Below, one piece after another: positions 1 to 12,588 of a DNA stretch of 64,000 nt. This stretch comes from Bacilli bacterium (GTDB lineage: Bacteria > Bacillota_I > Bacilli_A > RFN20 > CAG-826): contig JAZLKX010000028.1 in the NCBI GenBank assembly GCA_045597865.1, positions 32,001 to 96,000 of the forward strand, written 5' to 3'. The translations under genes and the position numbers were made by a program. Within the stretch, counting starts at the first letter, position 1; the number at the start of each line of letters is the position of its first letter. A model generated the notes under the pieces. It was not told where the DNA came from and did not search any database. It saw only the letters and a list, made by a program, of their open reading frames with translations.

Positions 1-400
1 ATGCACCTGTTCCGTTTGCAGCATCGATAATTTCTCCGGCAAGTTTTTCTTCCATTGATTTTTCGTTTCTTAAACGGGCATAGGTGACTAACCAACGAAG
101 TCCTAATGTAACTTTACGTTCTGCTGAAACTTCGACAGGGACTTGATAGTTGGCTGCGCCAATACGACGAACTTTAAGTTCGACTTCTGGCATAATGTTG
201 TTGATTGCGGTTGCAAAGACATCCATTGCTGGTTTTCCAGACTTTTCTTCAATTCTCTTGAAGGCGTTATAAAGAATGGTTTGAGCAGTGCCTCTTTTTC
301 CGTCAATCATAATACGATTGATTAATGCAGTGACCAATTTTGAATTATAAATTGGATCTGGCAAAACAGAGCGTTTTGCGACTTTACCTTTACGTGGCAT
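1..400 (-). CDS. rpsG: 30S ribosomal protein S7 (3' end runs off window)
   Basis: Manual translation from ATG at 400: [35 protein letters not shown]...[11 protein letters not shown]; directly downstream of rpsL. Confidence 0.97.
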   Translation of the reverse strand, partial: MPRKGKVAKRSVLPDPIYNSKLVTALINRIMIDGKRGTAQTILYNAFKRIEEKSGKPAMDVFATAINNIMPEVELKVRRIGAANYQVPVEVSAERKVTLGLRWLVTYARLRNEKSMEEKLAGEIIDAANGTGA

Positions 401-423
401 ATTGTTTTCTCCTTTCTAAATAA

Positions 424-843
424 CTATTCGGCTTTTCTTGGACGTTTGGTTCCGTATAAGCTTCTGCCTTGACGACGAGCTTCGATACCAGCACAGTCAA
501 GAGTACCGCGAACGATGTGGTAACGAACACCTGGTAAGTCTTTAACACGGCCACCACGAATGATGACTGTGGAGTGCTCTTGTAAGTTGTGTCCTTCACC
601 ACCGATGTATGCTGTGACTTCATATCCATTGGATAAGCGTACACGAGCGTATTTTCTAAGAGCTGAGTTTGGTTTCTTTGGTGTCATTGTTCCGACACGG
701 GTACAAACGCCTCTCTTTTGAGCGGATGGTTGATCGCTTGTTGTAGATTTTAATGAATTCCATCTTTTACCAAGAGCTGGTGATTTGGACTTCTTCACTA
801 ATCTTGAACGACCTTGTTTAACTAATTGATTAATAGTTGGCAT
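424..843 (-). CDS. rpsL: 30S ribosomal protein S12
   Basis: MPTINQLV...[11 protein letters not shown]...[12 protein letters not shown]; SD AAAGGAGG before ATG at 843. Confidence 0.99.
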   Translation of the reverse strand: MPTINQLVKQGRSRLVKKSKSPALGKRWNSLKSTTSDQPSAQKRGVCTRVGTMTPKKPNSALRKYARVRLSNGYEVTAYIGGEGHNLQEHSTVIIRGGRVKDLPGVRYHIVRGTLDCAGIEARRQGRSLYGTKRPRKAE

Positions 844-871
844 TGATTGTCCTCCTTTCAATGATTCTATC

Positions 872-950
872 TTATTGCACACATTCTCCGGTGTACCATA
901 TTTCCGGTAAATATATAGACCCATCTCGGGTCCTTCGTGTGTCGACATAG
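872..950 (-). promoter_or_regulatory. Putative structured rpsL leader RNA
   Basis: GC-richer 5' UTR with closing stem CACAC/GTGTG, hairpin GACCC-GAGAT-GGGTC and motif ACACCGGAGAATGTGTGC. Confidence 0.5.
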
Positions 951-978
951 ATTTTACTATCTATATATAGATTGTCAA
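951..978 (-). promoter_or_regulatory. sigma-A promoter of str operon
   Basis: TTGACA-16 nt-TAAAAT on minus strand. Confidence 0.7.
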
Positions 979-1011
979 CAAATATTTTAATTATTATTTT
1001 TTAAATAAAGA

Positions 1012-1058
1012 AAAAGCTGGGTTTTAGGTTTCAAAAATTCCTATGTTTTCCCAGCTAT
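1012..1058 (-). terminator. Probable intrinsic terminator after M6 protease gene
   Basis: AGCTGGG/CCCAGCT outer stem followed by U-tract on minus strand. Confidence 0.5.
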
Positions 1059-2587
1059 TTTTTAGAAATCTCCACTTTTTCGAAGTCTATTTTGACTTTC
1101 GAGAACGTTGACCACTCGATTGAAATTTTGAATTCTAATTTGCCTTCTACATTCAAATTTAATTCAGGAATTTCATCACCATATCTGAAGAGGTTCGCGT
1201 CCACCGCTGCCCCTGCTTTCATTCCTTCTTCGTGATTTAAAATGAGGGAATAAAGATAATTTTCTTGGTACTTATCAGGCTCTAAATAGGTGTTATTATC
1301 GTGAGCAAATCCAACACTAATTTTTGAGGTTGGAGACATGCTTCCATAATCACAATAATCCTTGATTTTCTTGTTTTCGAAATAGGCGAGTCTTGCATCA
1401 ACATGATAAATTTTAACGCCTGGAACTCTAGGAAGTTTAGCCTCGCTATTCCCAACTGAAATATCATAAGAATTTAAACCAGTTGGAGTGTAATATTCAA
1501 ACAAATAATATTCATCAAATGGTGTGTGATTCCAATTGTTTGCAAGTAAAATTACATCACCTGTTTCGGTGAATGATTCAATCTCAATACCCGCGGTTGA
1601 ATTTACGTATGTTGGTTTTGTCCAATTAAGAAGCATCTTTGAAAAAGATGTTTCATCCCCAATTGAACAATCCATCATATCAATTCTGGCTGTTGGTTCT
1701 GGAATAACAAATTTATCGACCACTTCTTCCTCTTCGTCTTCTTCTGCTTTATCGGTTTTTTCTTCTGGAAAAATGGTTGGATAATAATCAGTTAATCCAA
1801 GCAAATGACCAGTTTCATGAATGTAAGTGTGAGCGTCTGGTTCACCATATTGTAAATACATAAATGATGAGCTAGACCATGAAAGTGGAACCTCACTAAA
1901 AGTGTAGGCCCAAAAGAAGCCAGATTCATCCTCTTTAGTATCAGAAATGCTAGGATGGGTATAAACCATGTAAATCGGCACGTTTTTGCCTGTTTTTAAG
2001 CCTTCTACTTCGTAGTCAGCGATATCATCATAATTTTCTTTGTACCAATCGATAACTTTTTTATAAACATCATTTGCTAAAGCATCACGATCTAATTTCT
2101 TTTCTCTAATCTTCTCGACAGAGTAAGGGAATGTATAAATCTTATCGCAAACTTTTCCATCAAGTTTTAATTTTCCATAACTTGATTTATTGAAGTATTC
2201 TCCTACCGAAACATAAGCATTGTTATTAGCAGATCCAAAGAAAGCTTTGTTAATTGCATCAATATATTGTTCATCACTAAGGAAAAGTTTATCTACTTTG
2301 TAGTCGCTAAATTCTACTGGTACAACAATAATCTTTTGTTCTCCAACAGATTTCAAATGACTTTGTTCAGCGTAATCTCTAAACATAGAGTAAGAATCAC
2401 CTAAATCAACTTCATTTTCACCTTTATTGTCCATAACTTTAAAGTTAAGGTATTCTTCTCTTGTGTCTTCTTTTTCTTGAATAAATTCAAAATGTACAAA
2501 TTTGTGTTCACCAAAATCACACCCAGATAAGGCTAAAGTACCCACGAGTGCGGTCGTAATAACAAACAAATTTCTTTTGAAATTCAT
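1055..2587 (-). CDS. M6 (immune inhibitor A-like) zinc metalloprotease lipoprotein
   Basis: Signal peptide with lipobox LSGC; VVPVEFSD, SVGEYFNKSSYGKL, HETGHLLGLTDYY, DMMD, EYYLFEYYTPTG, GVKIYHVDAR motifs. Confidence 0.85.
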   Translation of the reverse strand: MNFKRNLFVITTALVGTLALSGCDFGEHKFVHFEFIQEKEDTREEYLNFKVMDNKGENEVDLGDSYSMFRDYAEQSHLKSVGEQKIIVVPVEFSDYKVDKLFLSDEQYIDAINKAFFGSANNNAYVSVGEYFNKSSYGKLKLDGKVCDKIYTFPYSVEKIREKKLDRDALANDVYKKVIDWYKENYDDIADYEVEGLKTGKNVPIYMVYTHPSISDTKEDESGFFWAYTFSEVPLSWSSSSFMYLQYGEPDAHTYIHETGHLLGLTDYYPTIFPEEKTDKAEEDEEEEVVDKFVIPEPTARIDMMDCSIGDETSFSKMLLNWTKPTYVNSTAGIEIESFTETGDVILLANNWNHTPFDEYYLFEYYTPTGLNSYDISVGNSEAKLPRVPGVKIYHVDARLAYFENKKIKDYCDYGSMSPTSKISVGFAHDNNTYLEPDKYQENYLYSLILNHEEGMKAGAAVDANLFRYGDEIPELNLNVEGKLEFKISIEWSTFSKVKIDFEKVEISKK

Positions 2588-2700
2588 GCCTTTATTATAA
2601 CCAAATTTAACCAAAATAAAAGAACGAGTGAAAACTCACTTCATTTTTAGCCATAGAAGCTAGTCTTCGTATGGCTCGATTTTTCACCTATTTTCTTTTA

Positions 2701-2737
2701 AAAAGAAAAAGGTTACCGGAATTAACCAGTAACCTTT
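2701..2737 (-). terminator. Intrinsic terminator of rpoBC
   Basis: AAAGGTTAC...GTAACCTTT stem plus poly-U on minus strand. Confidence 0.8.
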
Positions 2738-2745
2738 AAGAAATT

Positions 2746-5700
2746 TTAGTCTTGATCTTCTGGACGATCGTGAACTTCAATATACTGTTTCTTAACTTCT
2801 TTCATTCTGTTCTTAACAGTGAATTTAGCTAAGGACTCTTCAGCTTCTTCTTCGGTTAATAAACCGGTACCTGCTGGAATGAGTTTACCAGTAATGACGT
2901 TTTCCTTAAGTCCATGGAGAGCATCGTGTTTTTCTTTAATTGATGCATCAGTAAGAACACGTGTTGTTTCTTGGAAGGATGCAGCTGATAAGAAGGACTT
3001 AGTTTCAAGAGCTGCCTTGGTAATACCAAGGATAAGTTGTCTTGCAACTGCTGGGCGTTTGCCTGTAAATAAGGCGTCTTCGTTTCTAGCTGTAAATTCT
3101 TCAATATCAAGTCTTGTTCCAGGAACCATGTCAGTATCACCACTATCGACGACAACAACTTTCTTAAGCATTTGTCTAACGATAACTTCGATGTGTTTAT
3201 CGGAAATTCCGATACCTTGAGCACGGTAAACCTTTTGAATTTCCTTGAGGATGTAGTTTTCAACACGAACGTTGTCACTAACTTCAAGTAATTGTTTTGG
3301 AGCAATAGCACCTTCGGTGATCTTACCACCATTGAACACGTGATCACCAACTTTGACTCTTAAGTGAGCACCATAGCTGGAGATGTATGTTCTTTCTTCA
3401 AGATCGTTCTTGACTGTGACGTGGTAACGTCCGCCTTGTTCTTCAATCTTAGCAATCTTACCATCGATTTCAGAAATGAGAGCTTCACCTTTTGGATTAC
3501 GTGCTTCAACAAGTTCTTGAACTCTTGGAAGACCTTGAGTAATATCTGAGCCAACAACACCACCGGTATTGAATGTTCTCATTGTTAACTGAGTACCTGG
3601 TTCACCAATGGATTGGGCTGCCATAATACCAACTGCTTCGCCTTTCTTGACGAGTTCGCCGGTAGCAAGGTTTTTACCATAACAATGGACACAAACACCA
3701 TTTTTAGTTTCACATCCGAATAATGAACGGATTTCAACTTCTTTGATGCCTGCTTTAACGATTGCTTTAGCATCGTTTTCACTAATCATTGTATTGGCTG
3801 GAACGATAACTTCACCATTTGCTGGGTTAACGATTGCTCTAAGAGAGAATCTACCAACAAGTCTATCTTCAAGTGGGACGATAACAGCATCACGTGAGCT
3901 ATCTCTAATTTCAAAGACTACGAAGCCATGGTCTGTTCCACAATCGTCTTCTCTAACGATAACGTCTTGAGAAACGTCAACAAGTCTACGTGTAAGATAA
4001 CCTGAGTCAGCTGTCTTTAAGGCTGTATCAGCACCACCCTTACGGGCACCGTGAGTTGCAATAAAGAACTCGGAGACAGAAGCACCTTCACGGAAACATG
4101 ATTTAACTGGTGTTTCAATTTCTTCACCTTTTGGGTTAGCCATAAGGCCACGAACACCGGATAATTGAAGAATGTTAGACATGTTACCACGAGCACCGGA
4201 ATCAGACATCATGAAGATTGGGTTACGTTTATCAGCATAGAATTGAACTTCAAGTTTATCCTTCGCTTCACTACGAACGCCATTCCAAATATCAACGATT
4301 TCTTTGTGGTGTTCTTCTTTAGTAAGAAGACCTTTAGAATAAAGTCTATTAATTTGATCGACTTTAACATCGCCTTTCTTAACGATTTCATCTTTACCTT
4401 TAAGCATTGGAATATCGCTAAGAGAAATTGTAAATCCTGCGCATGTAGAATACTTGAAACCTTGGTCTTTCATCTTATCAAGGACAGCTGATGTCTTTGA
4501 TGTACCATATCTATGGTAAATTTCATCAATGATTTGTCCAAGGTGTTTCTTCTTATATGGAGCATGGATTGGAGCGTTATGAATTGCTTCCTTGAGATTT
4601 GTTCCCATTGGTACAAAGTATTCAAGAAGATCACCTTTGAGGTTTTCTTTCTTGTCTGAGTCATTTAAGAATGGGAATTCTGCTGGGAAGATAAGGTTGA
4701 AGATAACTTTACCGACAGTTGTGAGTAAGTAAGACTTATTCATTTCTTCGGTGAAGCCTGTCTTCTTTAAGGCAGCACCCTTAATTGCGATTCTGGTGTG
4801 AAGGTGAGCTTGTTTTGTTTGATAAGCTGCGATAACTTCGTCAACAGATTTGAAGACTTTAGCTTCACAATTACCATAAATGGTAAAGAGCTCATATTCT
4901 TCCATATCGCCTCTGTCTTTTCTTCTACCTGCACGAGCAAGTAAATCTTCTTTGGTTTCTTCAAGAGTAAGGTAGTAGTTTCCTAAAACCATGTCTTGTG
5001 ATGGAGTAACGATTGGTTTTCCATCTTTAGGACCAAGAATGTTGTTTGATGCAAGCATCAAATTAAGAGCTTCTTGTTGGGCTGCTTTAGAAAGTGGAAG
5101 GTGAACGGCCATTTGGTCACCATCGAAGTCAGCGTTGAATCCTGTACAAACAAGTGGGTGAAGACGAATTGCACGTCCATCAACAAGTTTTGGTTGGAAT
5201 GCTTGAATACCAAGACGGTGAAGTGTTGGAGCACGGTTAAGAAGTACTGGGTGATCGCTAATAATCTCTTCGACAATGTCAAATACGATTGGTTCACGAG
5301 CATCAATAATTCTGTCAGCGGCTTTATGTGCGCTCACGTATCCGCGTTTAATTAAGAGGTTTGCAATGTATGGGCGTAAAAGGGAAATAGCCATTTCTCT
5401 TGGAAGTCCACATTGATACATCTTAAGATCTGGTCCAACGGCAATAACGGAACGACCTGAATAGTCGACACGTTTACCGAGTAAGTTCTGTCTGAAACGA
5501 CCTTGTTTACCCTTTAAGCTTGAGCTTAAGGATTTGAGTGGTCTTCCAGATGGACCTTGAACTGGTTTATTTCTACGACCGTTATCAATTAATGCATCAA
5601 CTGCTTCTTGAAGCATACGGCGGGCGTTCATTAAGATAACGTTTGGTGCGTTAATATCAATGAACTTTTTAAGACGTGTGTTACGCATGATGACTCTACG

Positions 5701-6606
5701 ATAGAGATCGTTTAAGTCACTTGCTGCGAAACGACCACCGTCAAGTTGAAGCATTGGACGTAGATCTGGTGGAATAACTGGAATAACGTCAAGAACCATC
5801 CATTCTGGCTTGTTGTCAGATTGTCTGAAGGCTTGAATTGCTTCAAGTCTTTTGATAGCTTTGGTACGTTTTTGTCCAGTTGAGGTTTTAACTTCTTCAG
5901 AAACTTTTAAGAAATCTTCTTCAAGATTGACTTCTTTTAAGAGTCTCTTCACTGCTTCTGCACCTTCGCCGAATTCAGCACCGGTGTATTTGCTAATGAA
6001 TCTTGCTGTTGTTAAGAAATCAAATGGTTCTTGTGGAAGAGCAAGTTTCTTAACCATATCTTCTGCTTTTTCTGCATCAAGTGAACCTGCCTCAATTAAT
6101 GGGGTGATTTCTTGAATGACTGCAATAAATACATCTCTTGCGGTCTTTTCATCAAGGAATTCGCGGTATTTTAATACTTTTGAGTTACCTGGATTTAAGC
6201 AGATATGTGATACGAAGTAGACAACTTCTTCGAGTTGTTTTGGAGGAATGTCGAGGATTAAAGAAATTCTTGAAGGAATACCTTTGAGGTACCAGATGTG
6301 GGTACATGGAGAAACAAGTTCAATGTGACCCATTCTTTCTCTACGAACATCTTTAGAAATAACTTCGACACCACACTTTTCACAAACCATGCCTGCGTAT
6401 CTGATCTTTTTATACTTACCACAGTGACATTCATAGTCTTTGGAAGGACCAAAGATTTTTTCACAGAATAAGCCTTGCATTTCTGGTTTTTGTGAACGGT
6501 AGTTAATTGTTTCTGGTTTGGTAACTTCACCATGTGACCACTCACGAATACGGTCAGGAGAAGCAAGACCAACTTGAATTCCAGCTAATTTTGAAACGTC
6601 AAACAT
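2746..6606 (-). CDS. rpoC: RNA polymerase beta' subunit
   Basis: NADFDGD catalytic motif, N-terminal Zn finger, [12 protein letters not shown]. Confidence 0.99.
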   Translation of the reverse strand: MFDVSKLAGIQVGLASPDRIREWSHGEVTKPETINYRSQKPEMQGLFCEKIFGPSKDYECHCGKYKKIRYAGMVCEKCGVEVISKDVRRERMGHIELVSPCTHIWYLKGIPSRISLILDIPPKQLEEVVYFVSHICLNPGNSKVLKYREFLDEKTARDVFIAVIQEITPLIEAGSLDAEKAEDMVKKLALPQEPFDFLTTARFISKYTGAEFGEGAEAVKRLLKEVNLEEDFLKVSEEVKTSTGQKRTKAIKRLEAIQAFRQSDNKPEWMVLDVIPVIPPDLRPMLQLDGGRFAASDLNDLYRRVIMRNTRLKKFIDINAPNVILMNARRMLQEAVDALIDNGRRNKPVQGPSGRPLKSLSSSLKGKQGRFRQNLLGKRVDYSGRSVIAVGPDLKMYQCGLPREMAISLLRPYIANLLIKRGYVSAHKAADRIIDAREPIVFDIVEEIISDHPVLLNRAPTLHRLGIQAFQPKLVDGRAIRLHPLVCTGFNADFDGDQMAVHLPLSKAAQQEALNLMLASNNILGPKDGKPIVTPSQDMVLGNYYLTLEETKEDLLARAGRRKDRGDMEEYELFTIYGNCEAKVFKSVDEVIAAYQTKQAHLHTRIAIKGAALKKTGFTEEMNKSYLLTTVGKVIFNLIFPAEFPFLNDSDKKENLKGDLLEYFVPMGTNLKEAIHNAPIHAPYKKKHLGQIIDEIYHRYGTSKTSAVLDKMKDQGFKYSTCAGFTISLSDIPMLKGKDEIVKKGDVKVDQINRLYSKGLLTKEEHHKEIVDIWNGVRSEAKDKLEVQFYADKRNPIFMMSDSGARGNMSNILQLSGVRGLMANPKGEEIETPVKSCFREGASVSEFFIATHGARKGGADTALKTADSGYLTRRLVDVSQDVIVREDDCGTDHGFVVFEIRDSSRDAVIVPLEDRLVGRFSLRAIVNPANGEVIVPANTMISENDAKAIVKAGIKEVEIRSLFGCETKNGVCVHCYGKNLATGELVKKGEAVGIMAAQSIGEPGTQLTMRTFNTGGVVGSDITQGLPRVQELVEARNPKGEALISEIDGKIAKIEEQGGRYHVTVKNDLEERTYISSYGAHLRVKVGDHVFNGGKITEGAIAPKQLLEVSDNVRVENYILKEIQKVYRAQGIGISDKHIEVIVRQMLKKVVVVDSGDTDMVPGTRLDIEEFTARNEDALFTGKRPAVARQLILGITKAALETKSFLSAASFQETTRVLTDASIKEKHDALHGLKENVITGKLIPAGTGLLTEEEAEESLAKFTVKNRMKEVKKQYIEVHDRPEDQD

Positions 6607-6624
6607 AATCTAAATCTCCTTTCC

Positions 6625-9600
6625 TTATTTCTCGAGGTATTCGTTAGCATCTTCATCGCTAACAATACCGAGTTCGTCACTGTGGTTTTCACCAGTGAGG
6701 TTACGAATAGATGAATTAATCTTACGCTCTTCTTTTTGAGCTTCTCTTGCGAGGGCTTCAGTATCGATCTTATGACCGTCTTTGTCGACTAATCTAACAT
6801 CCATACAAAGTGCGCTTAATTCTTTAACAAGAACATTGAATGCCTCAGGAATGCCTGGTTCAGGAATGTCTTGTCCTTTAATAATTGCTTCGTAGGTTTT
6901 TCTACGACCGACTCTATCATCGGATTTAATGGTTAAGATTTCTTGTAATGTGTGGGAAGCACCATAAGCTTCAAGAGCCCAGACTTCCATTTCACCGAAT
7001 CTTTGACCACCGTTTTGAGCTTTACCACCAAGTGGTTGTTGTGTAACTAAGCTGTATGGTCCTGTTGCACGGGCGTGAATCTTATCATCAACCATGTGGA
7101 CGAGCTTAATCATATACATAACGCCAACGGAGATTCTTTCATCGAATCTTTCACCGGTACGGCCATCGTATAAGACAGTCTTACCATCTTTATCAAGTCC
7201 AGCTTTATCCATTAAATCATAGATTTCTTCGTTGCTAATACCGTCAAAGACTGGTGTAGCAATCTTAATACCAAGTTTTTGGCAAGCAAGACCTAAGTGA
7301 ATTTCGAGAATCTGACCGATGTTCATACGAGATGGAACACCGAGTGGGTTTAACATGATGTCAACTGGAGTACCATCGGCAAGGTATGGCATATCTTCGA
7401 CTGGAAGAATACGTGAAATAACACCTTTGTTACCGTGACGTCCTGACATCTTATCACCTTCAGAGATTTTTCTCTTTTGAGCGATATAAACTCTAACGGA
7501 TTTCTTAACTCCTGGAGGGAGTTCATCGCCATTTTCTCTTGTGGCGATCTTAACATCTACAACGATACCTGCACCACCGTGTGGAACACGTAATGAGGAA
7601 TCCTTTGTATCTTTTGTCTTTTCAGCAAAGATGGCCATAAGAAGTTTTTCTTCTGGAGTTGGTTCACTTTGTCCTTTTGGAGTTGTTTTACCAACAAGAA
7701 TGTCGCCTTCTTTAACTTCAACACCTTTAAGAATAATGCCGTCTTCATCTAAGTAAGCGCGTGCTTCTTCGGAAACGTTTGGAATATCACGAGTAATTTC
7801 CTCTGGACCAAGTTTTGTGTCACGGCAATCAATTGTGTATTCTTCGATGTGAATTGTTGTGTAGACATCATCTTTGACAAGACGCTCAGACATAATGACA
7901 GCGTCTTCGTAGTTATAACCATCCCAGGTCATAAATGCGATGGTAACGTTTTGACCTAATGCAAGGTCACCATTCTTCATGGATGGACCATCTGCGATTA
8001 CATCGCCTGGTTTAACTTTATCGCCAACTTTGACAATAGCAGTTTGGTTAATACATGTGCCTTGATTTGAACGTTGGAATTTTTGTAAATCATAGACACG
8101 TTTGCCTTTTGCTTCTTTGACAATAATTTGTCTAGAGTCAACGTATTCAACAGTACCTTCTGATGCAGAAATAACTGCTAAACCTGCGTCTTTTGCGACT
8201 CTATGTTCAACGCCTGTTCCAACATATGGAACTTCTGGACGAAGAAGTGGCAAGGCTTGACGTTGCATGTTAGCACCCATAAGAGCACGCTTTGCGTCGT
8301 CGTTCTCAAGGAATGGAATACATGCAGCAGCAATAGAAACGATTTGTTTTGGGCTAACGTCGATGTAGTCAATTAAATCTGGTGAAACTAATACGTTTTC
8401 GCCATTGTGACGTGCGACAACTTCTTCATCAGTAATGAATCCGTTTTCGTCAATCTTAACGTTAGCTTGTGCGATATAGTGATCGCGTTCCATGTCTGCT
8501 GATAAGTAGACAGATTTGTCTGTGACTTTTCCGCCTTTTTCAACAACACGGAATGGAGTTTCAATAAAGCCATAGCTATTAACTTTTGCGTATGTAGCTA
8601 AGTTATTGATAAGACCAATGTTTTGACCTTCTGGAGTTTCAATTGGACAAATACGACCGTAGTGTGTTGGGTGAACGTCACGGACAGCCATAGATGCTCT
8701 ATCACGGGTAATACCGCCTTGACCTAAAGCGGAAATACGACGTTTATTTGCTAACTCTGAAAGTGGGTTTGTTTGATCCATGAATTGTGAAAGTTGTGAA
8801 CTTGCAAAGAATTCACGGATTGTGGATGTTAATGGTTTGATGTTCATTAATGATTTGATAGAAGAAGTCTTCATATCAGAAATGGACATCTTTTGTTGAA
8901 CGGTTTTGACCATCTTGGTTAAGCCGATTCTGAATTGTGTTTGAATTAATTCACCAACACAACGAATACGTCTGTTGCCAAGGTTATCAATATCATCGAC
9001 ATCACCGAATCCTGCCATAATATTCATTAAATAAGAGAAGATAGCAATAATATCGGAGAATGTGAGGCATTCAACTGTGAGGTTAAGATCTGTACCGACA
9101 ACGTTTTGGACTTCATCCATCTTTTCGTCGACATAGACTTTAACCATATTAACTTTACCAGAGAATCCTTGAGCGATTTCTGGATCAGCTTTACCTTTTG
9201 GAGCGGCTCTATCGAGTGCTTCAATAAGGGCTTTATTTGCTTTAACTGTTATCTCATGGGCTCCTTTTTCAAAGAATTCTTCATCCATGAGGTGTAAGAC
9301 GTCTGACTTGGAAATGTATTCGCCTTTCATCTTAACAATTTCGCCATCTGCAGAAACTAAGTTTTCAGCAAGATAACGACCTGCTAAACGGTTATAGATA
9401 CCGAGTTTGCTACGATATTTATAACGTCCGGCTCTACCTAAGTCATAACGTTTGTGATCAAAGAATTTTTGGATTAAGAAGTTTGCAACACCTTCTGGAG
9501 TAATTGGCTCGCCTGGTTTTAACTTCTTGAAAATGTAAACTAAAGCATCAAATGGGGTGACAATGTCTTTATCCTTTTCAACTGTTGCTTCAAGCATTTC

Positions 9601-10245
9601 ATTTCTACCAAAAAGTTTTCTTAACATCTTTGGATCATCAAGACCTAAAGCTTTAAGAATAATGGTTGCTGGCATCTTCTTTTGACGGTCGATGCGGACA
9701 TTAATTAATCCTTTTTGATCAGTTTCGAATTCTAACCATGTGCCACGGGATGGGATTAAATCGGCATTGTAAATCATCTTGCCGGATTTATCCATTTCAG
9801 TTGAAATGTATGCACCTGGTGAACGAACGATTTGGGAAACAATAACTCTTTCTGCACCATTGACAATGAATGTTCCAGATTCAGTCATAAGTGGGATATC
9901 ACCCATGAAGACTTCTTCTTCCTTCATTTCACCATCACCAACATTACGTAAACGTAATTTAACGTAAAGTTTTGATGAGTAAGTGTAATCGTGTTCCTTA
10001 CATTTTAAGTATGAATACTTTGGTTCTCTTAACTCACAAGAAATGAAATCAATGAATGATGTTTCTGTGTAAGAGGCAATTGGGAAGACTTCGTTCATGA
10101 CTTCTTGAATGCCTTTTTCTAAGAACCATTTGTAGGAATCTGTTTGAATTTCTACAAGATTTGGTAACTCAAGACTTCCTGAAATTTTGGAGAAGTTAAT
10201 TCTACCAGTAGGAAGTAATGGGTAATCTTTATAAGATTTGTTCAT
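6625..10245 (-). CDS. rpoB: RNA polymerase beta subunit
   Basis: [43 protein letters not shown]. Confidence 0.99.
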   Translation of the reverse strand: MNKSYKDYPLLPTGRINFSKISGSLELPNLVEIQTDSYKWFLEKGIQEVMNEVFPIASYTETSFIDFISCELREPKYSYLKCKEHDYTYSSKLYVKLRLRNVGDGEMKEEEVFMGDIPLMTESGTFIVNGAERVIVSQIVRSPGAYISTEMDKSGKMIYNADLIPSRGTWLEFETDQKGLINVRIDRQKKMPATIILKALGLDDPKMLRKLFGRNEMLEATVEKDKDIVTPFDALVYIFKKLKPGEPITPEGVANFLIQKFFDHKRYDLGRAGRYKYRSKLGIYNRLAGRYLAENLVSADGEIVKMKGEYISKSDVLHLMDEEFFEKGAHEITVKANKALIEALDRAAPKGKADPEIAQGFSGKVNMVKVYVDEKMDEVQNVVGTDLNLTVECLTFSDIIAIFSYLMNIMAGFGDVDDIDNLGNRRIRCVGELIQTQFRIGLTKMVKTVQQKMSISDMKTSSIKSLMNIKPLTSTIREFFASSQLSQFMDQTNPLSELANKRRISALGQGGITRDRASMAVRDVHPTHYGRICPIETPEGQNIGLINNLATYAKVNSYGFIETPFRVVEKGGKVTDKSVYLSADMERDHYIAQANVKIDENGFITDEEVVARHNGENVLVSPDLIDYIDVSPKQIVSIAAACIPFLENDDAKRALMGANMQRQALPLLRPEVPYVGTGVEHRVAKDAGLAVISASEGTVEYVDSRQIIVKEAKGKRVYDLQKFQRSNQGTCINQTAIVKVGDKVKPGDVIADGPSMKNGDLALGQNVTIAFMTWDGYNYEDAVIMSERLVKDDVYTTIHIEEYTIDCRDTKLGPEEITRDIPNVSEEARAYLDEDGIILKGVEVKEGDILVGKTTPKGQSEPTPEEKLLMAIFAEKTKDTKDSSLRVPHGGAGIVVDVKIATRENGDELPPGVKKSVRVYIAQKRKISEGDKMSGRHGNKGVISRILPVEDMPYLADGTPVDIMLNPLGVPSRMNIGQILEIHLGLACQKLGIKIATPVFDGISNEEIYDLMDKAGLDKDGKTVLYDGRTGERFDERISVGVMYMIKLVHMVDDKIHARATGPYSLVTQQPLGGKAQNGGQRFGEMEVWALEAYGASHTLQEILTIKSDDRVGRRKTYEAIIKGQDIPEPGIPEAFNVLVKELSALCMDVRLVDKDGHKIDTEALAREAQKEERKINSSIRNLTGENHSDELGIVSDEDANEYLEK

Positions 10246-10258
10246 TATTTGGCTCCTT

Positions 10259-10861
10259 TCAATTCACTTTTGAAGCTTTAAGGATGTAATAACCTTTTTC
10301 CCTAGCTAGAACAGCTACGTTTCCAAACAGCTCTTCTAGGTAGGTCTTTACGGATAAAGCACCCTGCTGCTTTCTAATAACTATATAAAGTGAACCGCCA
10401 TCAACTAGATGAGATAACGCACCTTTATAGATTTCGTAGGTAACTTTCTTACCAGCACGAATAGGTGGGTTACTCACAATTGAATCGTATTTTCCTTCAA
10501 TCTCTAAATAGATGTCACTTTGAAGGACAGTGACTCGTTGGCCTAACTTGAGCGTGGTTGCGTTGCGCATACACAAGCCTAGCGCGCGCATGTTAACGTC
10601 TGAACAAGTGACGTTTAACCCTGGGTGGAAATATGCCAATGTTAAGCCTATCGGGCCTATTCCACAACCAAGATCTAATAAGTTTGATCCAAGATCAAGG
10701 GGAAGGAGCGTCTCAATGAGAAGCTCACTTCCCTTATCTAATTTATTCTTGGAAAAAACACCGGCATCCGATTCTAAAGAGAAATTTACGTTATTAAAAA
10801 CGTAATAAACATTTCTTGGACTTGATTCCAAGGTTTCATCATTTTCAAAATAATGAGACAT
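10259..10861 (-). CDS. rsmC: Class I SAM methyltransferase, RsmC/YbxB family
   Basis: [17 protein letters not shown] motifs; conserved position between rplL and rpoB in Bacilli. Confidence 0.85.
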   Translation of the reverse strand: MSHYFENDETLESSPRNVYYVFNNVNFSLESDAGVFSKNKLDKGSELLIETLLPLDLGSNLLDLGCGIGPIGLTLAYFHPGLNVTCSDVNMRALGLCMRNATTLKLGQRVTVLQSDIYLEIEGKYDSIVSNPPIRAGKKVTYEIYKGALSHLVDGGSLYIVIRKQQGALSVKTYLEELFGNVAVLAREKGYYILKASKVN

Positions 10862-10894
10862 CTTTAGATACGGATAAGAATTGAATTAAATAAA

Positions 10895-11272
10895 TTATTT
10901 AATTTCAACTTCTGCACCAGCAGCAACAAGAGCTTTCTTGTGTTCTTCTGCTTCAACTGGTGAAATGTGTTCTTTAATGTTGCATGGTGCACCATCAACA
11001 AGTTTCTTTGCATCCATAAGTCCGAGACCTGTGATTGCTTGAACTGCTTTGATGACTGCGACTTTTTGCATACCGCATGCTTTAAGAACTAATGTAACGT
11101 CTGTTGGTCCTTTTGCAGCTTCTTCTTCTGCTGGAGCTGCTGCTGGGCCTGCTGCTGCGACTGCTGCAGTGACGCCAAATTCTGCTTCAACGGCTTTGAC
11201 AAGATCGTTTAATTCAACGATTGACATTTCCTTTAATGAAGCAATGATTTCTTCGTTTGTTAACTTTGCCAT
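10895..11272 (-). CDS. rplL: 50S ribosomal protein L7/L12
   Basis: [18 protein letters not shown], Ala-rich hinge, [15 protein letters not shown]. Confidence 0.98.
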   Translation of the reverse strand: MAKLTNEEIIASLKEMSIVELNDLVKAVEAEFGVTAAVAAAGPAAAPAEEEAAKGPTDVTLVLKACGMQKVAVIKAVQAITGLGLMDAKKLVDGAPCNIKEHISPVEAEEHKKALVAAGAEVEIK

Positions 11273-11293
11273 AATAAGTTCCTCCTATAGGCA

Positions 11294-11782
11294 TTAATTT
11301 TTGCTATCCGCAACTGCTTTGACTGTAGCAGCGAATTTTTGGATAGGTGCATTTAAGCACGATAAGAACATGGATAATAAACCGTTCTTGTCTGGTAATG
11401 ATGCAATTGTCTTCATTCCTGCTGCATCCATGACTTTACCTTCAGCTAAACCTGCTTTGATTACTAAGAGTTCATTTTTCTTAGCAAATTTTGCAAGTAC
11501 TTTTGGTCCAGCATTGATTTCTTTGGAGAAGACGTAGGCATTTGAACCAGTTAAGTATTGGTCAAGTTCACTGTAGCCAAGATCTGCGCTTGCTTTTGTA
11601 ACAAGTGTGTTCTTGTAAACATTGAATGATGCACCAACGGCTTTAAGTTGCTTTCTAAGATCGCTTAATTCAGCGACTGTTAATCCACGATATTCGACAA
11701 TTGTCAAAGATGCTGAATCTTTAAAGGAATCGCTAATCTTTGCAACAATCTCTTTCTTGGACTTGAGAGTTTCTTGATTCAT
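11294..11782 (-). CDS. rplJ: 50S ribosomal protein L10
   Basis: VEYRGLTVAELSDLRKQL, VYKNTL; synteny. Confidence 0.98.
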   Translation of the reverse strand: MNQETLKSKKEIVAKISDSFKDSASLTIVEYRGLTVAELSDLRKQLKAVGASFNVYKNTLVTKASADLGYSELDQYLTGSNAYVFSKEINAGPKVLAKFAKKNELLVIKAGLAEGKVMDAAGMKTIASLPDKNGLLSMFLSCLNAPIQKFAATVKAVADSKN

Positions 11783-11833
11783 TGTTCTACCTCCTTTTTT
11801 TAATAGTCAATTTGAGGCTCCAATATATTGGTT

Positions 11834-11892
11834 TTAATACACCTCGGTAACATTATTAAGCCCCGTGGCCGTTACTGTCTTAGATATATTGT
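11834..11892 (-). promoter_or_regulatory. L10 leader (ribosomal protein autoregulatory RNA)
   Basis: Minus strand CTAAGACAGTAAC...GTTACCGAGG matches the AAGACxGYA.../...CCGAGG kink-turn pattern; lies between rplA and rplJ. Confidence 0.85.
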
Positions 11893-11905
11893 GCTCTTTA
11901 ATCAA

Positions 11906-12586
11906 TTATTCGCCGATTGCGAAGTGAATTGATGGGCCCATTGTAGTATGTACAACGGCATTTTTGATGTAGGTACCTTTTACAGCAGCTGGTCTCACTC
12001 TTAAGAGTGTTGAGACTAATGCTTCAAGGTTCTCTACGAGTTTGGCACTGTCGAAGCTAACACGACCGATTGATAAATGCATATTTGCATCTTTATCGAG
12101 ACGGTATTCAACTTTTCCAAGTTTGAATTCTTTGATTGCTTTAGCAATATCTGGTGCAACTGTTCCTGCTTTTGGGTTTGGCATTAAGCCTTTTGGACCT
12201 AAAATACGAGCAATTTTACCAAGTTCGCCCATCATTTCTGGTGTAGCGACGATTACATCGAATTCGAACCAATTCTCTTTTTGGATTTTTTCAATTAATT
12301 CCTTGCCTCCGGCAAAATCCGCACCGGCTGCTTTTGCATCCTCAACCTTGGATGTGATTGCGCAAATCTTTTTGCTCTTTCCGTTTCCGTTTGGGAGTAT
12401 GAGAGTACCTCTGATTTGTTGATCTGCTTGTGTGGTATCAACATTAAAATGGAATGAGACATCGACTGTTGCGTCAAATTTGACGGTTGATGTTTTCTTG
12501 ACAAGATCACATGCTTCCTTAATGGAATAAACCTTTGTGGAATCTACGAGTTCTGCGACCTTTTTGTAGTTCTTACCGAATTTCAT
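11906..12586 (-). CDS. rplA: 50S ribosomal protein L1
   Basis: KFDATVD, LGPKGLMPNPKAGTV, TTMGPS. Confidence 0.99.
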   Translation of the reverse strand: MKFGKNYKKVAELVDSTKVYSIKEACDLVKKTSTVKFDATVDVSFHFNVDTTQADQQIRGTLILPNGNGKSKKICAITSKVEDAKAAGADFAGGKELIEKIQKENWFEFDVIVATPEMMGELGKIARILGPKGLMPNPKAGTVAPDIAKAIKEFKLGKVEYRLDKDANMHLSIGRVSFDSAKLVENLEALVSTLLRVRPAAVKGTYIKNAVVHTTMGPSIHFAIGE

Positions 12587-12588
12587 AA

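Noticed and set aside
844-948. 35-aa N-terminal extension of S12 in the ORF track
   Set aside because: The canonical MPTINQL start has a strong SD; the extension is the leader RNA
2819-9967. Many 60-165 aa alternative-frame and antisense ORFs within rpoBC (and similarly in other long genes)
   Set aside because: Codon-bias shadows fully overlapping well-supported genes
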